Shown here piece by piece: positions 58,983 to 64,000 of a DNA stretch of 64,000 nt. Both the position numbers and the translations under genes were made by a program. The notes below the pieces were generated by a model. It saw only the letters and a list, made by a program, of their open reading frames with translations. It was not told the origin of the DNA and searched no databases. Location of the stretch: positions 2,528,001-2,592,000 of the forward strand of contig OZ244799.1 in the NCBI GenBank assembly GCA_965219955.1, in the 5' to 3' direction. Source of the stretch: a bacterium (GTDB lineage: Bacteria > UBA8248). Within the stretch, counting starts at the first letter, position 1. Each line of letters begins with the position of its first letter.

Positions 58983-61265
58983 ATGGCTCAGGCTGAACCG
59001 CTTATCCGTTCCATCCCGCTCAGCCGGCTGGAACTCGCGCCGGAGAACGTCCGCAAGACCCCGCCCGACCCCGACTTTTTCGCGGAGCTCAAGGCCTCCA
59101 TCGCGGCCCACGGTCTGATGAAGAACCTGGTCGTCAGGACAGAGGACACAGGCTATGACCCCGGATCGGGTCCGGCTCCGGCCGAGCGCTATGCCGTGGT
59201 CGCCGGCGGACGCCGCCTCGCCGCCATGAACGCCCTGGCCGAAGAGGGCGTCCTCGACGCGGACCACCCCGTGCCCTGCCGGGTGATCGGCGCGTCGGAG
59301 AACGCGGAAGAATTCTCGCTCGCCGAGAACGTGGTGCGCGTCGCCATGCACCCCGCCGACCAGGTGGTCGCGTTCGGTAAGCTCGCGAACGCGGGGATAT
59401 CCGTATCCGCCATCGCGGCGCGCTTCGGCATGACGGATCGCATGGTCGAGCAGCGCCTGAGTCTCGGCGGCGCCGCCCCCGAACTGCTCGACGCCTACCG
59501 GGCCGAAAAGATGGACCTGGACACCCTGAAAGCCTTCACGGTCACGACCGACCGCGCCCGGCAGATGGCGGTCTGGGAGCAGGTGAAGGAATACGGCTAC
59601 GGGCCGAGCGGCTGGCAGGTGAGGCGCATACTGACCGAGGAGAACGTCCCCGCCGTATCGGCCGTGGCGCGCTTCGTGGGCGAAGAAGCCTACGAGGCGG
59701 CGGGCGGTACGCTCACGCGGGATCTGTTCGCCGAAGAGGACGCCCGGGGCATATGGTTCGACGATCCCGTCCTCCTGAACGAACTCGCGACGGAGAAGCT
59801 CCGCGCGGCGGCGGAGGAACTGAAGAAGCGCTGGAAGTGGGCCGATGCGGTGGTCGAGGCCGACTGGAGCGTGATCTCGGGCTTCGGGCGAATCCACCCC
59901 GAACCGGGCGCTCCCACCGATGAGGAGAAGGCCGAGCGGGAGAGGCTGTGGGCCCGCCACGGCGAACTCGTCGAATTGTATGAGGACGACTGGACGGACG
60001 AACTCGGCCAGGAGGCCGAAGCGATCGAGGCGCGCCTGCGCGCGATCGACGAAGCAGTGAACGCGCGGGCCGCCTTCCAGCCGAGCGATTACGAGTTGGC
60101 GGGCTGCATCGCCACGGTCGGCCACGACGGCGAGCTCAAGATAGTCGAGGGCCTCGTGAGGCCCGAGGACATGCCCGAGCGCACGGACGCGGGCGACGCG
60201 AACGGCGCCGGTCCGGGCCGCGTGGACGCGCCGCTCGCGTCGCCGGCCGACCCGCGCGCGAAAGCCCGCAAGGAGACGGGGATCGGGATCGGACTCGCCG
60301 ACGATTTGCGCGCCGTTCGCACGACGCTCGTCAAGGCGCACCTGTCGGGAGACTTCGAGGCGGCCTTCGACCTCACGCTCTTCCAGCTTGCCCGGGCCGC
60401 GTTCGCCGATGACCACATGGCGGGCGCCCTCGACATCGTCTTCAAGGAGACCGCCGACAGGCCGCCTTCGAGGGCGGGCGACGAGGATTTTTCCGCCTGG
60501 AGTCCTGGCGAGGTCATGCTGGCGGAACGTCCGGACCTCTCCCTGGCCTGGATGGAGAACGAGGACGAAGACGCCGCCTTCGCGGCGATGCGGGCGCTGC
60601 CCCAGGCGGAGAAAGAAGCCATCTACGCGGCGGCGGTCGCTCGCTCGCTCAAGGGACAGCTCGCCTTCGAGCCCGACGCCCGGCCCGTACTCGAAGCCAC
60701 GATAGCCCGCCTCGACGTCGACTTCGCGAAGCACGTGCGTCCTTCCGCCGCGATGTTCTGGTCGCGCATCACGAAGGCCCGCATCCTCGCCATCGCGCGC
60801 GCGACGCTGGGGCCCGTCTGGACCTCCGCCCGCGCGAAGTACAAGAAGGCCGACCTGGCCCTGGCGATGGAAGAAGCCTTCACCGCCGACCCGCCCGAGA
60901 ACCTGACCCCGAGGGTCCGTGCCGTTTTGGCCTGGACGCCGCCGGGGTTCGCGCCCTTCGACAAGGGACTGGTGGGGGAGGCCGTGGACGAAGACCCGCC
61001 GGCCGAAGATCCCGGAACGGAAGCCGTCGATGAAGAGGCCTCCGGCGCAGACGGCGGCGACGCTCTCGCCGACGCGGAATCAGGCCCCGGCACGGACGAT
61101 ACCGCCGGTGGCGACGCCCCCGCGGGCGGGGAACTCGCCCGGGCGGTCGACGCGATGAACGCGGTGCCCACCGCGGACGGCAGTCCGAGGGTGATCGTGC
61201 ACGGAATCGATCTCGCAAACGGCCAGGGGGAGCAGGAGAACGACGTCCCCGAATTCCTGCGCTGA
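58983..61265 (+). CDS. Long ParB/Srx-domain protein typical of conjugative leading regions
   Basis: NVRKT, SIAAHGLMKNL, VVAGGRRLAA, SLAENVVR.AMHPAD; RBS ggagga before ATG 58983. Confidence 0.88.
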   Translation: MAQAEPLIRSIPLSRLELAPENVRKTPPDPDFFAELKASIAAHGLMKNLVVRTEDTGYDPGSGPAPAERYAVVAGGRRLAAMNALAEEGVLDADHPVPCRVIGASENAEEFSLAENVVRVAMHPADQVVAFGKLANAGISVSAIAARFGMTDRMVEQRLSLGGAAPELLDAYRAEKMDLDTLKAFTVTTDRARQMAVWEQVKEYGYGPSGWQVRRILTEENVPAVSAVARFVGEEAYEAAGGTLTRDLFAEEDARGIWFDDPVLLNELATEKLRAAAEELKKRWKWADAVVEADWSVISGFGRIHPEPGAPTDEEKAERERLWARHGELVELYEDDWTDELGQEAEAIEARLRAIDEAVNARAAFQPSDYELAGCIATVGHDGELKIVEGLVRPEDMPERTDAGDANGAGPGRVDAPLASPADPRAKARKETGIGIGLADDLRAVRTTLVKAHLSGDFEAAFDLTLFQLARAAFADDHMAGALDIVFKETADRPPSRAGDEDFSAWSPGEVMLAERPDLSLAWMENEDEDAAFAAMRALPQAEKEAIYAAAVARSLKGQLAFEPDARPVLEATIARLDVDFAKHVRPSAAMFWSRITKARILAIARATLGPVWTSARAKYKKADLALAMEEAFTADPPENLTPRVRAVLAWTPPGFAPFDKGLVGEAVDEDPPAEDPGTEAVDEEASGADGGDALADAESGPGTDDTAGGDAPAGGELARAVDAMNAVPTADGSPRVIVHGIDLANGQGEQENDVPEFLR

Positions 61266-61287
61266 ACCGCATCCCCGTTCAATCACG

Positions 61288-61326
61288 GCGCCCCGCGGCA
61301 TTTGCTGCGGGGCGCTTTTTTGTTTT
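61288..61326 (+). terminator. Terminator-like hairpin after the ParB-like gene
   Basis: gcgccccgcggca-tt-tgctgcggggcgc-ttttttgtttt. Confidence 0.75.
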
Positions 61327-61348
61327 CACGTCTAAAGGAGTCCAGGAC

Positions 61349-63058
61349 ATGAACGACACACCGAATGTTTCACCGCGTCCCGAGCGGATCCGCGCCCGGA
61401 TCCACGAGGGCGCCCTTCATCGCGTCACGAGGATGTACACGGCGCGGCTCGCCGACGTCTTCACCGAGGCGCTGCAGAACAGCCGCCGGGCGGGAGCGAC
61501 GCGCGTCCGCGTCGCCATCGAGGAGGCCTCCGGCGCGCAGGCCGTCACCATCACCGACGACGGGGCCGGGATCGCCGACCCCGCCGTGTTGCTCTCCTTC
61601 GGCGAAAACGGCTGGAGCGAAGAACTGGTAAGGCGCGAGGACGCGGCGGGGATGGGGTTTTTGAGCCTGGCGCGCCGCGGCTGCACGGTCGCGTCGAGGA
61701 CGCCCTCGGGCGCCGGCTGGCGCGTCGAACTCACGCCCGCGCACTTCCGGGGAGAGGCGGAGGCGGAAGTCCTCTCAGGCGCTGATGCGCCGGAGCCCCA
61801 CGGGACGGCGGTCCGCTTCCGTACGGAAGAGAACCGCGAGGTGATCCGGCGCGCGCTCGAAAACGCGGCCCGGCACTACCCGCTCCCGGTCATGCTGAAC
61901 GGCGGATCCCTCCCGCGCCGGGATTTTCTCGAAAACGCCGTCCACACGGAGTCCTGGCGCGGCCTCGCCTTCGGAGTCTTCGCGAACAGAAGCCGCTACC
62001 GCGACGAACCCGACCTGAACTTCCACGGCCTGGTCCTGCCCGTGCGCCTGCCCACGGTCCATCCCGTGGACGGCCCCGCCTGGTCGGTCAGGGCCGATGT
62101 CGCGAACTGCCCGGAACTCGAACTCGTCCTGCCGGCGCGAAAGGAGGCGGTCGAGACGCCCTTCCTGCAAGACATGCGCGAAGCGGCGCGGACCGCGATC
62201 TACCGGGCGATGGCCAAGGCCGAAACCGCACCCGTCATCGCATTCGAGGAGTGGCGGCGCGCGCGTGCGGCCGGGGTCGAACTGCCGGCGCCTTCGCCCG
62301 CGCTTCGCCCCTGGCGGCCTCCGATCGCCGATATCGACAACTGGCTCGCGGGACCCGCGCCCGCACCCCTGCCCGCAGACGCGCTCCTGATGGATACGGA
62401 ACTCGGACCCCCCGAAGCGCAGGCGCTCTGGCGCGCGGCGAAACGCGGCGGGACGGCGCCGAGGCTCTTCGAGAGCGACCGCAGGTTCGAGGGCTACCCC
62501 TGGTACGACGCCCTCCCGCGCGTCAAGGACGTCCGGACCGATGTCGCGCTCGGCGGCGAGGCCCGTCCCCTCGAGGATTTTCAGGCCCCGTCCGACCGGT
62601 CGAGTCCCTCCGGTGAGCCGCCGCCGCGTCCGGATGCGATCCGCATGAGCCTCGACGTCGAGGGCCCGGAGGATGCGAGCGAGACCCTGGCGCTCGACGC
62701 CGACCTCGTCTTCGCCGGGGAGGCCTGGGCCTGGCTCGCGGACGTGGAGCCGCTCGTTACGGCGGACAGCGCCATCGAGCCGGCCGAACTCGCCGACGTC
62801 CTGCGCGACGCCTGGTTCTCGCCGTCGGACGAGGCGGACGCGGACAGCTGGGATACCCAGCGCGCCCGCTTCGAGGAGGAAGCCCTCCACCTGGCCATCG
62901 GCCTTTTGTGTTCGGAAGAGGAGGCGCTCAGGCGCACGATCGCCTGCGCGGTGCGGCGCGAGCTGTTCTGGCTCATTCCCAAAGACCGCGCCGTCACCAT
63001 CACCGTGCGAGGCGGCGCCGTCGTCATCGACCTGGCCGAAGAGGAGGTATCTCCATGA
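61349..63058 (+). CDS. GHKL (HATPase_c) ATP-binding protein with uncharacterised C-terminal region
   Basis: EALQNSRRAGA, ITDDGAGI, AGMGFLS, GTAVRF. Confidence 0.8.
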   Translation: MNDTPNVSPRPERIRARIHEGALHRVTRMYTARLADVFTEALQNSRRAGATRVRVAIEEASGAQAVTITDDGAGIADPAVLLSFGENGWSEELVRREDAAGMGFLSLARRGCTVASRTPSGAGWRVELTPAHFRGEAEAEVLSGADAPEPHGTAVRFRTEENREVIRRALENAARHYPLPVMLNGGSLPRRDFLENAVHTESWRGLAFGVFANRSRYRDEPDLNFHGLVLPVRLPTVHPVDGPAWSVRADVANCPELELVLPARKEAVETPFLQDMREAARTAIYRAMAKAETAPVIAFEEWRRARAAGVELPAPSPALRPWRPPIADIDNWLAGPAPAPLPADALLMDTELGPPEAQALWRAAKRGGTAPRLFESDRRFEGYPWYDALPRVKDVRTDVALGGEARPLEDFQAPSDRSSPSGEPPPRPDAIRMSLDVEGPEDASETLALDADLVFAGEAWAWLADVEPLVTADSAIEPAELADVLRDAWFSPSDEADADSWDTQRARFEEEALHLAIGLLCSEEEALRRTIACAVRRELFWLIPKDRAVTITVRGGAVVIDLAEEEVSP

Positions 63059-63534
63059 AAAAGACCTGGACCGTCCGGTGCGGATACGCGGCCCGCTTCG
63101 CCGATTCGTTCACCGTGGAGGCGGAGACCCTGGAGGAGGCGCTGGAGAAGGCCGTCGAGAACGCCCATGCAGACCGGGGGGCGAGCGTTCGTTGCCGCAG
63201 GGTTTTCGTGGACGCCGCCTGGGAGGGCGCCGATACCCGGGACCCGGACGCGGAATGGCCGGTCCCCGACCGGTTCACCGAGCGGGGCGAGCCGCCCCTC
63301 ATCACCCTGACCGATCCCGGCCGGGCGGGCGGCGGCGCCGTCGAGGTGTCCCGGGGGCGGGTCCTGCTCCGCTTCGAGACACCCGAGGCCACGCTCACGA
63401 ACGAGCTATCCGATCCGCCCCATCCGCCCCGCAACAAGCCGCTCGTGACGATCCGCCGCCGCGCCGACGGCGCACCCGACGTCACCGTGACCGGGGGCCG
63501 GGCGCGGGTACGGTTTCTCGGCTACCCGGCCTGA
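63055..63534 (+). CDS. Hypothetical protein
   Basis: RBS gaggagg, ATGA overlap with the upstream stop; MKKTWTVRCGY... Confidence 0.7.
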   Translation: MKKTWTVRCGYAARFADSFTVEAETLEEALEKAVENAHADRGASVRCRRVFVDAAWEGADTRDPDAEWPVPDRFTERGEPPLITLTDPGRAGGGAVEVSRGRVLLRFETPEATLTNELSDPPHPPRNKPLVTIRRRADGAPDVTVTGGRARVRFLGYPA

Positions 63535-63592
63535 CTGTACCGGAATCCCTTCACTGTTTCCGTTTCCGTATTTCACCTAAAGGAGAACGCCG

Positions 63593-63976
63593 ATGGAACT
63601 CGTCACACCGGAACAACGCGAGCAATTGCTCGCAAACGGCGCCAGGCGCGGCGCCGACCACGTGCCCGTGGTCAAGCTGTTCAACCCCTGCGGCGCAGGG
63701 ACCTGGTTCGTCACCGAACTCGACCCCGAGGATGAGTCCATAGCCTTCGGGCTCGCCGACCTCGGCTTCCAAACACCGGAAGTCGGGAGCTTCAGTCTCA
63801 GTGAGCTGGAAGCCTTCCAGGGGCCGTTCGGCCTGGGAATAGAGCGCGACCTGTACTTCGAGGCGAAGTTCACCCTCTCCGCCTACGCCGAGGCCGCCCG
63901 CGCCGAGGGCCGGATCGTCGAATACGGCACCGAGCTCGAGGCCGCCGGTCGCGGAAAGGCCGTCGCCGGTGGCTGA
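63593..63976 (+). CDS. DUF2958 family protein
   Basis: PVVKLFNPCGAGTWFVTELDP...AFGLADLG..PEVGSFSLSEL...IERDLYF. Confidence 0.9.
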   Translation: MELVTPEQREQLLANGARRGADHVPVVKLFNPCGAGTWFVTELDPEDESIAFGLADLGFQTPEVGSFSLSELEAFQGPFGLGIERDLYFEAKFTLSAYAEAARAEGRIVEYGTELEAAGRGKAVAGG

Positions 63977-64000
63977 CCTGTCCGTTTCCCGTACACATTC

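Larger units (their letters stand above)
33022..64000. mobile_element. Integrative conjugative element (tyrosine-recombinase pair + MOBF + MPF-F); right end lies beyond the window, left end approximate
   Basis: Integrases, relaxase, T4CP, a full F-type tra operon and leading-region genes contiguous with housekeeping genes. Confidence 0.85.

Noticed and set aside
58785-60734. 649-aa minus-strand ORF (likewise 25251-26870 + and 36919-38838 +)
   Set aside because: Antisense to well-supported genes (ParB-like, FG-GAP protein, relaxase).

Overview
High-GC bacterial chromosome segment in three parts. (1) 1-17.9 kb and 24.9-33.0 kb are host backbone: two sugar-phosphate nucleotidyltransferases, a degenerate sigma54-type regulator, a PaaK-like ligase/thiolase/DUF35 operon, a DEDD exonuclease-GIY-YIG fusion, tatBC, acylphosphatase, ccdA, an aminotransferase-serA-hisZ-purA operon, a TPP riboswitch with thiC, an LLM oxidoreductase and DUF192, with several REP/MITE-like repeats in the spacers. 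(2) 18.0-24.9 kb is the most unusual part. Two paralogous outer-membrane beta-barrel (porin-like) genes face away from each other as a ~1.6-kb imperfect inverted repeat. Each has a conserved ~260-nt leader with a small uORF, and only one has a complete sigma70 promoter. Between them sits a translationally coupled pair of catalytically intact tyrosine recombinases, followed by a decayed copy of the 3' end of the neighbouring gene (att-like). (3) 33.0 kb to the window end is an integrated conjugative element. It carries a second copy of the same two-recombinase module, a MOBF relaxase, TraD, a complete F-type T4SS operon (traA-L-E-K-B-V-C...trbI-S26 peptidase-W-U-trbC-N-F-H-G), a candidate entry-exclusion gene and the start of a leading region (ParB-like, GHKL ATPase, DUF2958). 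No rRNA, tRNA or CRISPR array was seen. All calls come from reading motifs by eye; no searches were run.
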